DNA of 63,988 nt, filler included, from 9 parts of 9 records of this genome joined end to end with filler, not necessarily neighbours in it, one strand, 5' to 3'; counted from the whole stretch's first letter, positions 10,399-21,565 are shown. Translations and numbers: made by a program. Notes: generated by a model not told the origin, from the sequence alone.

Positions 10399-11286
10399 CT
10401 ATTTGCAGGCGCGGTAGCCGTTGCGGCGGCCCTTTAGATCAAAATGGAAATGGTCGCGGTGATCGTAGTTGTACCCGGGGCCGAGAACGGTGGTGAAATA
10501 GTCGCACCCTTCGGCACGGACCGAGTTCAGCAGGCCGCGTTCGCGGAAGGCGAAGAAGCCCGGCTTGCGCACATCGATCTCGCGGCCGTTCTTCAGCTCG
10601 ATGCTCATAACGTCGAGTGCATTGCCTTTGGAATGCTCCGAAGCGACACTGGTGCCGGCAATGCGCCGGCAGGAATAGCTTGAGCCCTGCCGGATTTTTC
10701 CGATGCCGGTGAGATAGCGTTTGCGCGCGGCCGGCGCGAGCTCGTTTTTCGTCCAGCGGGCGAATGTCTCTGCCATCTGACAATTGAGCGTGGCGGCGGG
10801 CGCCATTTCGATATTGCCCGACAGGCCACTGACCTTGACGGGCCAGTCGATGCGGCAGGCTCCTCCGTCGTTGATGGGCTCAAGGTCCTGATACTTGACG
10901 CCAAGACGTTTGAGCCGACGACGGCAGGCGATTTCTTCTGCTGGCATGACACGCGGCGAGCTTTCACTGCGCGGCAGGGTCATGCGTGGATAGGAAACCA
11001 TCATCGGGTTTGACGGAACGAGCGCCTGCAACCCCCTGGTACTTTCGGGGGCGGGAGTGGAAACAGTGGGTGTCGCCACCTGCGGAACCGGCGCAGCGGG
11101 AGCGGGTGCTAGCTGTGCCACTGGCACGGCAGCAGTCTGGACGCCGATATCCACGGATGGGCGGGGTGACATCACATCGCTGACAGAGCATGCAGAAAGA
11201 GCCAACAGCGTGGCAGCCGCGGCGGCGCGCAGAAAAGATGCACGTAATGGCGTTGCAACAGGGTTGCCAACACGAATACCGACCAT
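10399..11286 (-). CDS. Extensin-like C-terminal domain lipoprotein
   Basis: Lipobox-like LALSAC, Pro-rich linker, SYSCR...SEHSKGNALD...LGPGYNYDHRDHFHFD; start uncertain. Confidence 0.8.
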   Translation of the reverse strand: MVGIRVGNPVATPLRASFLRAAAAATLLALSACSVSDVMSPRPSVDIGVQTAAVPVAQLAPAPAAPVPQVATPTVSTPAPESTRGLQALVPSNPMMVSYPRMTLPRSESSPRVMPAEEIACRRRLKRLGVKYQDLEPINDGGACRIDWPVKVSGLSGNIEMAPAATLNCQMAETFARWTKNELAPAARKRYLTGIGKIRQGSSYSCRRIAGTSVASEHSKGNALDVMSIELKNGREIDVRKPGFFAFRERGLLNSVRAEGCDYFTTVLGPGYNYDHRDHFHFDLKGRRNGYRACK

Positions 11287-11408
11287 GAATACGCCCCGTC
11301 GACCTTGCACGCTTCCAGAAGGAGAGTAGCCTAGCCAGACAAGGTAAAGGAAAGGTCAGCGGGGGCATTCAGACCTGTGACCTCATTATGGCGTGCCGAA
11401 AAAGGCAG

Positions 11409-12230
11409 CTATTTGCAGTAGAGATAGTCGTTGCGGCGCTTCTGAAGATCCAGATGAAAATGCGTCGCGTGATCGGCATTGGTGCCTGGACCGAGAACGG
11501 TCTTGAAAGGGCCGCAGGCAGCGGTGCGGAAGGCATCGAGAAACCTGGCGGTTCCGCTTCTCGGATTTGATTGCCGCGCGACGTCGAGTCTGGTGCCATC
11601 CGCCAGGTCGAAAGCGGCTATATCCAAGGCATTTCCAAAGGCGTGCTCAGAGAGTTTTTCCAACCCGGCACGTGTCCGGCAGACATAAGCAGATACATGT
11701 CGAACGGTGGCGACCGGCTGCTTGAGGTGACGCCTGGCGAGTGAAGGAACTTTGTCTGTGAAAAAACGCGCGAGTGTGAGAGCCGTCGCGCAATTGAGTG
11801 TTGCCTTTGGCTTCAATGCAATTTTCCGGGAGAGACGTTCGATAACGAGCGGGTGAGCGATCGAGCAACCGCGCGCCTCCGATATGGGGGTCTGCTCGGA
11901 ATAAGAAACGCCCAGTTTAGCCAGGGCGCGGCGGCAGGCGATTTCTTTTGCGGGCAAACGGCCTGGCGTCTGGGGCGGCGGGCGTTTCTGTGGTTTGGTC
12001 TTCATGGGCGGACGCGGGGAGGGAATGGGAACGATGACCGACATCTCCGACCGCTGCAGTTCGCCGCGGCTCTTTGGTATGGGGCCTGTGGCCGGCAGGG
12101 GGACCGAGGCGGCCCTTTCGGCTGCATGAGCGTTGTTCAGGGGTTCCGTGAAGAGCAGGGCGCAGAGCAATATGGCCGGCAGCGCACTTCGAACAGCTAA
12201 AAGAGCGATCATGCTGGATGTTTGCCGCAA
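11409..12230 (-). CDS. Extensin-like C-terminal domain protein
   Basis: Signal peptide, Pro-rich region, AYVCR...SEHAFGNALD...LGPGTNADHATHFHLD; start uncertain. Confidence 0.8.
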   Translation of the reverse strand: MRQTSSMIALLAVRSALPAILLCALLFTEPLNNAHAAERAASVPLPATGPIPKSRGELQRSEMSVIVPIPSPRPPMKTKPQKRPPPQTPGRLPAKEIACRRALAKLGVSYSEQTPISEARGCSIAHPLVIERLSRKIALKPKATLNCATALTLARFFTDKVPSLARRHLKQPVATVRHVSAYVCRTRAGLEKLSEHAFGNALDIAAFDLADGTRLDVARQSNPRSGTARFLDAFRTAACGPFKTVLGPGTNADHATHFHLDLQKRRNDYLYCK

Positions 12231-12269
12231 CCCCGGCTGATCGGGAAATAACGGTGTGTTTCGAAGTGT

Positions 12270-12698
12270 TCACGATGCGCCGAGTGCATCCAGGCCATCG
12301 ATCAGCCAGTCATAAAGCATCGGCATTCCGAGGAGATAAGTGGCCACGTTCCTGGCGCCATGCTGCCGCGCATCCGTGACGGCGGTTGACCATTCCTTCA
12401 CATCGTAGTCGCCGCGCCCCACCCATGCCAGCGCTATCAATTCAGCAATCTCATCCACATTGAGATCAGCCACCAGTTCTCGAAATTCCTCTTCGGTGAG
12501 GTCTTCCTCCTCTTCCTCGATCAGCCCGTCATGCTGGTGCCGATCGCGGGCATCGCCATCGATCTCAATTTCGTGCTCGTGACCATCGTCATAGTCTGTA
12601 TTGAGCGCGGCGCTGATTGCGCGCGCCTTGCCTGCCAGAAAGCGCACGGTTTCCGGGTCTATGGTCAGCGCCCATTCGCGCTCAACAGGCTTCTGCAT
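12270..12698 (-). CDS. DUF3775 domain protein
   Basis: LNVDEIAELIALAWVGRGDY...YLLGMPMLYDWL; ATG 12698 after GAGGAG. Confidence 0.8.
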   Translation of the reverse strand: MQKPVEREWALTIDPETVRFLAGKARAISAALNTDYDDGHEHEIEIDGDARDRHQHDGLIEEEEEDLTEEEFRELVADLNVDEIAELIALAWVGRGDYDVKEWSTAVTDARQHGARNVATYLLGMPMLYDWLIDGLDALGAS

Positions 12699-12774
12699 GA
12701 GCTTCTCCTCCGGCACTCCGAAGGTATGATAACGCAGAACGTGCGGAAAGCACGACGGATTGTTTAGCTCCTGT

Positions 12775-13665
12775 TCAGGCCACGCTGCGTTGCCGGTTGC
12801 GCAGAGCCGGAACGATTTCGACTGCCAGAATGGCTGCAAAGATCAGGCCGCAACCGGCGAGACCGAGCGCCGGTAACCGCTCACCGAGAAAGATCGCCCC
12901 GAAAAGTGCGGCGAAGACTGCTTCCGTGGACAGGAAAATCGCGGCTTGCGGGGCTGTTGTATAGCGCTGGCCGATAACCTGGAGCGTGAAGGCTATGCCG
13001 CCGGAAAAAATGCCAGCGTAGAGGATTTCAGGCATGGCAATGAGAATCGCGGATAACTCGATCGTCTCGATAAGGCCGGCGGCAGCAAGGGCGATGACGG
13101 CTGTTATGCCGAACTGGGTGACGGACAGCGTGATGGGGCGGCCGGTATGACTTGCGCTTCTGCCAATCATGATCACCTGGAGGGCCCAGAAGAGTGCGCA
13201 AAGGATGGTCAGCCAGTCGCCGGTGGTGAGTGCCACGCTGCCTGCGCCTGACAGCAACCAGATCCCCGCAAGCGCGGAAAGGGCGGCCGGCCAGACCACG
13301 AGGTGTGGCCACTGGCGGAACAGAAGAACCGCCAGAAACGGCACCATGACAACGTAGAGGCCGGTGAGGAAACCGGAATTGGTAACGCTGGTGGTCAGGA
13401 GGCCAAACTGCTGCGCGGCCATGCCAGCGAAGAGGAGCAGACCGATCAGCAGGAAATTCCGCTTGTCGTTGAAGGTGAGGGGTCTTGCGCTGCGCCGGGC
13501 TTCCCACATGGCAAAAGGCAGCATGGAAAGACAGGCAATGGCAAAGCGCAGACCGATGAACAGGAACGGGCCGATGGCATCCATCGCGGTCGACTGGGCG
13601 ACGAAGCCCATGCCCCACATTGCGCCTGCAAGAAGCAATAGAAGATTGGCCTGAACCTGTGTCAT
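12775..13665 (-). CDS. DMT/EamA family transporter
   Basis: About 10 hydrophobic segments; WGMGFVAQ, NSGFLTGLYVV, EAVFAALFG. Confidence 0.88.
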   Translation of the reverse strand: MTQVQANLLLLLAGAMWGMGFVAQSTAMDAIGPFLFIGLRFAIACLSMLPFAMWEARRSARPLTFNDKRNFLLIGLLLFAGMAAQQFGLLTTSVTNSGFLTGLYVVMVPFLAVLLFRQWPHLVVWPAALSALAGIWLLSGAGSVALTTGDWLTILCALFWALQVIMIGRSASHTGRPITLSVTQFGITAVIALAAAGLIETIELSAILIAMPEILYAGIFSGGIAFTLQVIGQRYTTAPQAAIFLSTEAVFAALFGAIFLGERLPALGLAGCGLIFAAILAVEIVPALRNRQRSVA

Positions 13666-13766
13666 ACGCCCACCCGGACTGAGGAAAATGCGCATGTCTT
13701 ACGGAGCTGGCGCTGGCCGCACAAGGGCCGTAGCGCTTGACTCCTGTGGGCCAGTTTCGGGGTGCA

Positions 13767-14900
13767 TTACTCCGAACGGAATATACGGATGATCTCGCCC
13801 CGGCGCTTGTCCGTCAAAAGCCAGAGCGAGCCGTCAGGTGCAACATTCACATCCCGTATCCGTCCGAAAGCTCCCTTGAAAAGACGCTCTTCACCGAGAA
13901 TGTTGCCGTTCTCATCCCGATCGAGGCGGGCGACGAGGTGGTATTTGAGCGCCGCAACAAAGAAATCCCCCTGCCATTCGGGAAACATTTCGCCCTGATA
14001 AACTGCGGTGCCGGAAGGCGCGATGGACGGGTCCCAGTAGTATTCAGGTTGTTCGTAGCCCGGCGCTTCGCTGCCGACGCCGATTTTCGTGCCACTGTAG
14101 TTGACGCCATAAGAGATGACCGGCCAGCCATAGTTCTTTCCGGCCTCGGGGCGATTGACCTCATCACCACCGCGGGCGCCGTGCTCGACCGTCCAGATCG
14201 CGCGGGTCACAGGGTCGAAGACGGCGCCTTGCGGATTGCGATGCCCCATGGACCAGATTTCAGGCGCGGTGTCTGCGCTGCCGGCGAAGGGATTGTTTTC
14301 AGGGACAGAGCCGTCGGGGTTGATCCTGAGTACCGAACCGGCGTGGTCGGCGGGATCCTGTGCCCGGTCGCCTTGTCCGCGGTCGCCAATGGTGAAAAAC
14401 AGCGTGCCGTCGGGATGGAGCACGATGCGCGAGCCGAAATGTTGACCTGCCGTGGTTTTGCGATTCATGGAAAAAATTGTCGTGACGTCCTCAAGACGGG
14501 CATCCGCGCCATTTCTTACAAGCCGTGCGCGGGCAATGGCCGTGCCGGCTCCGTCTTCGCCAGGTTCTGAAAAAGAGAGAAAAATCGTTCCTGTTTCGGC
14601 GAAATCCGGCGAAACGGCGACATCCAGCAACCCGCCCTGACCGACAATGGCGACCTCGGGCACACCGGCGATGGGGGCTGAGAGGGAGCCCGCGGAGAAG
14701 AGCCGCAACTGGCCCGGGCGTTCCGTCACGAGCGCGCTTCCATCGGGCAGAAAATCAAGACCCCAGGGATTGGAAAGGCCACGTGCGAGAGTTTCAGCCT
14801 CGACCGTCACCGCCTGGGTGGTAAAGGTCTTGGCGGCGGCGACACCTGGCCAGGCAAGAAGACCGGCGGCCAGGGCGGTTCGAAGGATCTGGTCTTGCAT
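13767..14900 (-). CDS. PQQ-dependent sugar dehydrogenase (GSDH/YliI family)
   Basis: PWGLDFLPDG, GQGGLLDV, HFGSRI, GHRNPQG, EHGARGGDE, GRIRDV. Confidence 0.9.
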   Translation of the reverse strand: MQDQILRTALAAGLLAWPGVAAAKTFTTQAVTVEAETLARGLSNPWGLDFLPDGSALVTERPGQLRLFSAGSLSAPIAGVPEVAIVGQGGLLDVAVSPDFAETGTIFLSFSEPGEDGAGTAIARARLVRNGADARLEDVTTIFSMNRKTTAGQHFGSRIVLHPDGTLFFTIGDRGQGDRAQDPADHAGSVLRINPDGSVPENNPFAGSADTAPEIWSMGHRNPQGAVFDPVTRAIWTVEHGARGGDEVNRPEAGKNYGWPVISYGVNYSGTKIGVGSEAPGYEQPEYYWDPSIAPSGTAVYQGEMFPEWQGDFFVAALKYHLVARLDRDENGNILGEERLFKGAFGRIRDVNVAPDGSLWLLTDKRRGEIIRIFRSE

Positions 14901-14946
14901 CAGCGGGTCTCCCATTGTCGCATTCATCTTGAGATAGGTTATGAAC

Positions 14947-15046
14947 NNNNNNNNNNNNNNNNNNNNNNNNNNNNNNNNNNNNNNNNNNNNTTAATTAATT
15001 AANNNNNNNNNNNNNNNNNNNNNNNNNNNNNNNNNNNNNNNNNNNN
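14947..15046. other. Artificial contig linker
   Basis: N44-TTAATTAATTAA-N44. Confidence 0.99.
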
Positions 15047-18000
15047 CCCCCCTACACATTGTTCACATTTGTCCAAAAATGCGCTTCCACCAAGATCACC
15101 ATTGCAATCTGGAATTGGACATGCTCCGGTTGTTTCGGCAACTCCCGTATTACCACCTACGCAGCTCCCGCATTTATCTATAAAAGCTGAACCGCCCTGA
15201 TCCCCATTACAATCTGTTTTAAGCACTCCTTCGAGCTGCCAATCGGGACCTGGAACCCAATACGGAAGTCCGCGTTCATACGCCCCTACATCCGGTCCGG
15301 TACCGGTAAACCCATCCGTAAATCCGGAAATTACCCTTCCACCATCAATGGCAGACTCACCTAGTTTGGGCATAAAATTTCTCGTCGACAAACCTTCAAA
15401 TGGATCAGCCTGCAATTCAAGAATCACTGAATTACTAACATCTGTATAGTGAAGTTCTCCATTGTTCGCCAGGGTGTTGTAAAGTGGCACATTTGTGAAT
15501 TCATACCCATTCACCCATCTGGCCATTGTGCTGCTATTTGCCCCGTCGTTGCTCCAGATGGTGTTGTTATATAGCTGGAGATTGACTCCTGCCCAGTTGA
15601 TTTGAATGCCTGACCATTCCAAATTCCACATCACATTATGGTCCACGATCACATCTTCAGTGGAGTTATCCAGGTAAACTCCGCAACCTTTGTATCGATT
15701 GTAGTTATCATTTCTAGACGAAATATCATGGATCCAGTTATGATGGATGCGCGTATCTCCATATTTCCCGCAACACATATAAATGGCACCACAATCGTCA
15801 TTCGTTAAGTTGGATGCAAACATATCGTTGTAACCGATTTCAGCTCCGTTTCCACCACCATTGATGAGGTCGCGACCACCGTTAAAAATGGCATTGTTTA
15901 CAATCCTGTTTTTGCCTGACTGGCGAATGGGGGCCTCATACGAAGCACCATAGTTAAAGTTTCCTATATAATTGTTTCGAAGAATGTTGTCGCTACCATT
16001 CAGGAGTATTCCGGAACCTGATCCCCATTGTATATTGCAGCGCTCCACGAGATTGCCTGTAGAGGAGTTGTTCATCTCAATGGATGCCGTCCCCGGTCGA
16101 AACGAAAGCTTCTGTCCTGTTCCCGTAGCGCCCAGGCTATGATTACCGTACAAAACATCACAATTACTGATTGTGCAGTTCTTTGCCCCATTCAAATTGA
16201 GATTTCCCCCATGGAATTCAATTCCGTCAACCTGCACATTTTGTTTGTTGTTCAAATTCAACAGAACCGTCCGTTGGCGTACCTCTACCTTTTTTCCCGT
16301 CATATTTCCTCCATCTGGCGCCTGAAAATATAGGGTCTTTGTCGTTCCATTTATAAACCATTCTCCGTTTGAATCAAGGGCTTCCAGCGAATTGTACAGG
16401 ACACATTCTCCACCCTCGGCAGGGCTATGGCTCCCGGCAAAATGCCAGTCATCAGGAATTGTATTGAAATTTATTGATCCTGCTGAATTGGCGGTAATCA
16501 TGGCACGCCAGGAAGTCCAGCTCCGATATCCCAAAAAGAAAAGGACTCCCCCATTTTCAAAGCCCTGATCCGGTATGGCTGCTTCCGCTATTGCACTTGT
16601 TGTACCCGTTACTTTTTTAGCTTCCAGATCGAAAGGATTGTAATTGGTTTTGTTCGGCCATCTGGCCAGGTTCATTATTTGATCATTGTATAAAACAAAG
16701 TTCTGATCGCCCAGCGATAGTGGAATGGAAGCCTTGTAGATAGCACCAGAATGCTGCTGCCAGGAGCTGATTTCAGCAAAAGCCGATACCACCACTTTTT
16801 CTCCTACAGCTGCCATAAATGTCACATTGTTGTTGGCCGGAACAATAGATTCCCGGTAAATCCCTTCCTTTATGATGCATTGCTCTCCTTCCTGCATCAG
16901 GCTTGCTGCTTTCCCTATGGTCAGAAAAGGTGCTTCCGCTGTTCCCGGGTTTGCGTCATCCCCGGTTTTTGAAACATAAAACTTTCCATCAAAGCAAGTG
17001 ATACCCGGAGTATCACAAGAAACCACATTGAATGATACCGTGGCACTGGCGCTGTTAAAATTATCATTGCCTGCCTGAGAAACCGTAACGGTAACAGTAC
17101 CTGTCGTTCCATTCAAGCTGATGTTTTTTCCGTTTAAGGTGGCCGGGCCAGTGATGGTATATTCCAAAGCTAAATTGGAATCGGTGGTAGCCACCACATC
17201 AAAACTTCTTGAATTCACTCCCTTATCACCAATCGCTTCTACTGTAATCGTTTGATTTGCTTTCGCAATTTCAAAGCTGCGTGTTACCGGACTTGCTGCA
17301 CTGAAAGATGCATTGCCATTTTGTTCTGCACGAATAGAAGCCAGACCGGCAACAAGAATAGTAACCACATTGCCATTCAAGCTAATATTATCCGTGAGTG
17401 CGGTGTAACCCACCTCTAACTGTGAAGAACTGGTTGCTGTAAGTTCGAAGGCAGCATCACCATAGGTTTTTGCTGGAATTTCCGGAAAGGTGATCGCCTG
17501 ACTTGTTTTGTTTGGGTCTGTTACGACCAAAACACGTGTTACGTCTTCTGCGGAAGCGAATGTTTCATTGCCTGTTTGAGATGCCGTAATATTGGTACTT
17601 CCATCATTCACAATTGTAACGGTGCTTCCCGAAATAGTCGCAACAGAAGTATTCGAACTTGTATAGGAAACCGGTAGACCAGATGAGGCTGTTGCCATGA
17701 GATCAAAAGCCCCGTCCCCGACTTGCTTAGGTGATAGTTCTGGAAATGATATGGATTGTGCTGTCTTAACAACCGTGGTAACAATGCTGAAATCGTCCAC
17801 ATAATAGGTTCCTACCTTGGATCTGAAATCGATATCAAATCGTATCTGGCCATAGGTGGATGCAGCATTGTTCGTATCAAAAATCAATTCAAGTTCTCTC
17901 CAGTCCCCACCTTCATAAGCCAATGTTTCTGTTTTAATTGCTAAAACCGGATTCGTTTGAAAATCCGCAATGGATACAATTACTTCCTGAGGGCCTTCGT

Positions 18001-18331
18001 TCAGCGCTTTGATATAAAACTTCAGGCTATACGTGCTATTTGGAGCCAGCCCTGTCGTTTCTCTTCGAATGCCCGCCATACCTGCAACACTTGGGCCACC
18101 CGTGCTGCCGATTGTCACTACGACACCAAAACCACCACTGCGAGCGGAGGCTGCATTTCTTGCTGAAGTCATTGTACTTTCTCCCCATCTCTTGTAAAGC
18201 CAGTCGTCCACAATGTCTCCCCAGGCTAGATCCCTATCCTCAAACCCGGCATTAAAAGCAATAACATTTTCCTGCGCACGAATGGATGAGCCGAAAATCA
18301 ACAGGATTACTATCAGGTATAATTTATTCAT
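15047..18331 (-). CDS. Large secreted multidomain protein: CBM-like + 3 Ig-like repeats + right-handed beta-helix + Cys-rich repeats (3'-truncated)
   Basis: Signal peptide; CBM-like NAGFE...YYVDDFS; repeats AQSISFP/SQAITFP/NQTITVE; FYVSKTGDDANPGTAEAPFLTI; Asn-rich beta-helix with DCGAIY; two DCNGDxGGSAFxDKCxxCVGG repeats. Confidence 0.75.
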
Positions 18332-18348
18332 CAGTCTGTTCTATTAAG

Positions 18349-19878
18349 TTAGTTCAAGGTTAATTTAAGCTTGTCGCCATAATGCTCTTGAAGAGCACTC
18401 AAATCCTCAAAAAGGGCAATTTTCTTTTCCTTATATTCTGGGTTTTCCGACAGGTCATTCATTTCTTCGGGATCAGATGTCAAGTCAAAAAGGAGGGATT
18501 TATTGGCTTTGGGGTATACGATCAATTTGAAGCCATCCTTTCTCACACTTCGCTGGTAATCGACATAGGCTCCATAAACTGCGTCATAATTACCCTTTTC
18601 GCGTGTTCCTTTTGCCAAATCAATGAAGCTGTTGAATTCAACATAATTTGGCTTTGGTATACCGGCTAAATCGAGACTTGATGCCATCACGTCTTGCAGG
18701 TACACATCCTCCCCAACCTGCCTTCCCTTTGGGATATCCGGCCCTACGACAACCAGGGGTGGACGCACGCTGTGATCGTAAAGACTTTGTTTTCCAATCA
18801 AGCCATGTTTGCCCATAGCCAGGCCGTGATCCGCTGTGAAAAAGATGTAGGTATTTTCCATTTTACCGGAAGCCTCCAGCGCATTGAGAATTTCTCCTAT
18901 TTGAGCATCCAGATGGGTAATACTGGCATAATACTCCTTGATGTGGACCTTGGTGGCATATTCTGTTCTTGGGAAGGGGGCCAACGCTTCGTCCCGCAGG
19001 CTTGGGCCATTTCCCATCAATTCCTGATAGGTATATTCCGGCATCCAGCTTTCCGGTAGGGAGATTTTATCTTGGTCGTACATGTCCTGGTATTCCTGTG
19101 GAGCTTGTCGCGGATCATGCGGTGCATTGAATGCCAGATACATGAAAAACGGATTTTCTTTTGATTTGGCAGAATCTATAAATGTGAGCGCATCGTCCTT
19201 GAGAACTTCACTCCAGTGTTTACCACCCTCCCAGAATCCTCCAAAATCCGGATCAGCCGGATCCCATGATTGATCCTTTGGTCCTTGTGGACGATTATAA
19301 CCAATAGGCATAATATCTTCAGGTTTCACCTTGCCTGTTGCCACCTCATTGGCAAACAAACTAACCATTGCGGCATGGTCCCAATTGTCCTTAGGCATTC
19401 CAGGACGAACGTGTTCAGCTGTATTGAACAGTCTTTCTGCCGGTGCATCAACATGCCATTTTCCTGTCATATAGGTATCATAACCTGCTCGCTCCATCAG
19501 TTTGGGCCAGCTCGCTTCAAGGGAGTCACCTTTTATCCAGTTTTGGCGAAACTCATTGGCCCGCCACACGGACCTGCCAGAAATGATCATAGCTCTGGAT
19601 GCAGCACAAACAGCGCCATTCCAGGCTCCCATATTGTAAGCATTGGTGAAGGTGGTTCCGTCTTCTACCAGTCTATCCATATTAGGAGTTATAATCTCGT
19701 TATTTCCCAGCGCATGAAGCGCCGTATAGGTTTGGTCGTCCGTGAAAATGAAAACGATGTTGGGTTTTGCCTGGCCGGTTTCTTTTGCTCGAAAGTCGCA
19801 ACCAAACAACACAACGGCAAGTAAGGGTAAGTACTTACCAAATACTCTTTTTCGATGCATCTGAATCATGTTTTTCAT
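18349..19878 (-). CDS. Sulfatase (S1, Cys-type) lipoprotein
   Basis: PNIVFIFTDDQ, CAASR, GKWH, TADHG, GKQSLYD. Confidence 0.92.
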   Translation of the reverse strand: MKNMIQMHRKRVFGKYLPLLAVVLFGCDFRAKETGQAKPNIVFIFTDDQTYTALHALGNNEIITPNMDRLVEDGTTFTNAYNMGAWNGAVCAASRAMIISGRSVWRANEFRQNWIKGDSLEASWPKLMERAGYDTYMTGKWHVDAPAERLFNTAEHVRPGMPKDNWDHAAMVSLFANEVATGKVKPEDIMPIGYNRPQGPKDQSWDPADPDFGGFWEGGKHWSEVLKDDALTFIDSAKSKENPFFMYLAFNAPHDPRQAPQEYQDMYDQDKISLPESWMPEYTYQELMGNGPSLRDEALAPFPRTEYATKVHIKEYYASITHLDAQIGEILNALEASGKMENTYIFFTADHGLAMGKHGLIGKQSLYDHSVRPPLVVVGPDIPKGRQVGEDVYLQDVMASSLDLAGIPKPNYVEFNSFIDLAKGTREKGNYDAVYGAYVDYQRSVRKDGFKLIVYPKANKSLLFDLTSDPEEMNDLSENPEYKEKKIALFEDLSALQEHYGDKLKLTLN

Positions 19879-19962
19879 CTAATGGTGGAGTTAAAAAAGG
19901 TATTACTCAAAACGCGCCCTTTTTCCGGACTAATACCTCTGGAAACGAAAGATAGTATCGGT

Positions 19963-21492
19963 CTAAATTGAAATTTTGAATGCACAGGCATATTTACCAC
20001 TCAAGGATGTTCCTGTTGTAATTTTCAAATTCTCATTGGTTTGACTCCACTCTACTTTTTTACCGGTGCTGAGCTGTGTAACCTCTTTTATCGGCCGATC
20101 TTCAAGAAATTTACTCATCGATCCGAGTGAACCAATTTGATAAGTTCCATCTTCACTATAATCCATGGCGATCACATAGATTGTATTTTCTTTGGTGGTG
20201 AACCGAAAATCCTTCGACGTTAATTCCTTGTTTTTTCCTTCTGTGTGGTGCCCGCTAGCAACTTCTGTTGGTCCTTCCCCAAAGGTCACCCACGGGCGGG
20301 TGGCGTATATGGCCTCCCCGTTTTGCGACAACCATTCTCCTAACTCGGAAAGCACCTTCTGCTGATCTTCTGGAATGGTTCCATCCGCTTTTGGGCCAAC
20401 ATTTAAAAGTAGGTTTCCATTTTTGCTTACTATATCAATGAGGTCATCAACAATTGTATTGGGGGATTTAGAATCCCAATTAGTTACATAACACCAGGAA
20501 TTTTTTCCGATAGAAGTATCCGTTTGCCACGGATATTTATTGATATCTGACATTTTTCCACGCTCCAAATCAAGGACATTGGTACCTGGAGGAAAGGATT
20601 CGAAATTATGGAAATTCTTATTTTGGAGCACTACTTCTTTGTTCCAATCGATTCCTTTGTTGTAATAATAAGAGGCAAGTTTGGGATGGTAAGGGCGATA
20701 TTCTTCCCTATCTATGACAAAATCAAAATACAGTATATCCGGTTGATAGTTGTCAATAATTTCTTTGGTTCTGGACCACCACAGTTCGAGGAACTCAGAA
20801 TCTGCTGGGGTATAAGGTTCATGCTGCCTCCCGTACAAATCAGCATATTGTGGGTCTGACGTATCGAACCCTTTCTTTTTGTTGTAATAATCCCAGTTGA
20901 ATGCGAAATGAGAGGATGCACCAACTTTTAAACCTTCTTTTTTACCCGCTTTCACCAGCTCGCCAAGGACATCTCTTTCGGGCCCCATGCGCACTGAATT
21001 CCATCGGGTAATGTTGGACTCATACATGGCAAAACCATCGTGATGCTCTGCCACTGGAACTATGTACTTTGCTCCGGCTTTCTTAAAAATAGCTACCCAT
21101 TCCTCAGCATTGAACTTTTCTGCTTTGAACATGGGAATAAAGTCTTTGTATCCAAACTGACCTTGATCACCATAAGTATCCTTATGATACTGATAAATAT
21201 TGGAAGGCTTGGCTTTAATAACTTCACCGGAACCTCCCCAAATCACGGAATCCTGATACATGTTTCTCGGATACCATTCACTACCATATGCTGGCACACT
21301 GTAAGGTCCCCAATGAATAAAAATCCCCAGCTTGGCGTCTTTGAACCACTCTGGTGTTTCATACTTTTTTAAGGATTCCCAATTCGGCTCATAGCGTATA
21401 ACTTCCAGAGTTTCGTTTTTTTCGTTCAATCCGAAAAAAAGCAATAAAGAACCCAAAAGAGTGGCAAGAGACAAGCCGATTAATGCCTTCAT
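19963..21492 (-). CDS. Glycoside hydrolase family 29 (alpha-L-fucosidase/L-galactosidase)
   Basis: WFKDAKLGIFIHWG, AEHHDGF, PDILYFD, SKNGNLLLNVGP. Confidence 0.93.
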   Translation of the reverse strand: MKALIGLSLATLLGSLLLFFGLNEKNETLEVIRYEPNWESLKKYETPEWFKDAKLGIFIHWGPYSVPAYGSEWYPRNMYQDSVIWGGSGEVIKAKPSNIYQYHKDTYGDQGQFGYKDFIPMFKAEKFNAEEWVAIFKKAGAKYIVPVAEHHDGFAMYESNITRWNSVRMGPERDVLGELVKAGKKEGLKVGASSHFAFNWDYYNKKKGFDTSDPQYADLYGRQHEPYTPADSEFLELWWSRTKEIIDNYQPDILYFDFVIDREEYRPYHPKLASYYYNKGIDWNKEVVLQNKNFHNFESFPPGTNVLDLERGKMSDINKYPWQTDTSIGKNSWCYVTNWDSKSPNTIVDDLIDIVSKNGNLLLNVGPKADGTIPEDQQKVLSELGEWLSQNGEAIYATRPWVTFGEGPTEVASGHHTEGKNKELTSKDFRFTTKENTIYVIAMDYSEDGTYQIGSLGSMSKFLEDRPIKEVTQLSTGKKVEWSQTNENLKITTGTSLSGKYACAFKISI

Positions 21493-21515
21493 TTATCAGA
21501 AAATTATTCAGGAGT

Positions 21516-21553
21516 AAAAAAAAGAACCCCGGAACCTAAGCCCAGGGTTCTTC
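21516..21553 (-). terminator. Intrinsic terminator after the SusE-like gene
   Basis: Stem AAGAACCC(C)GG / CC(A)GGGTTCTT with a T-run on the minus strand. Confidence 0.65.
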
Positions 21554-21565
21554 AATAAAAGACTG

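Noticed and set aside
13737..14570. 277-aa ORF (likewise 2318-3130, 3470-4309, 61444-62328)
   Set aside because: Each lies antisense to a well-supported gene and has no family motifs
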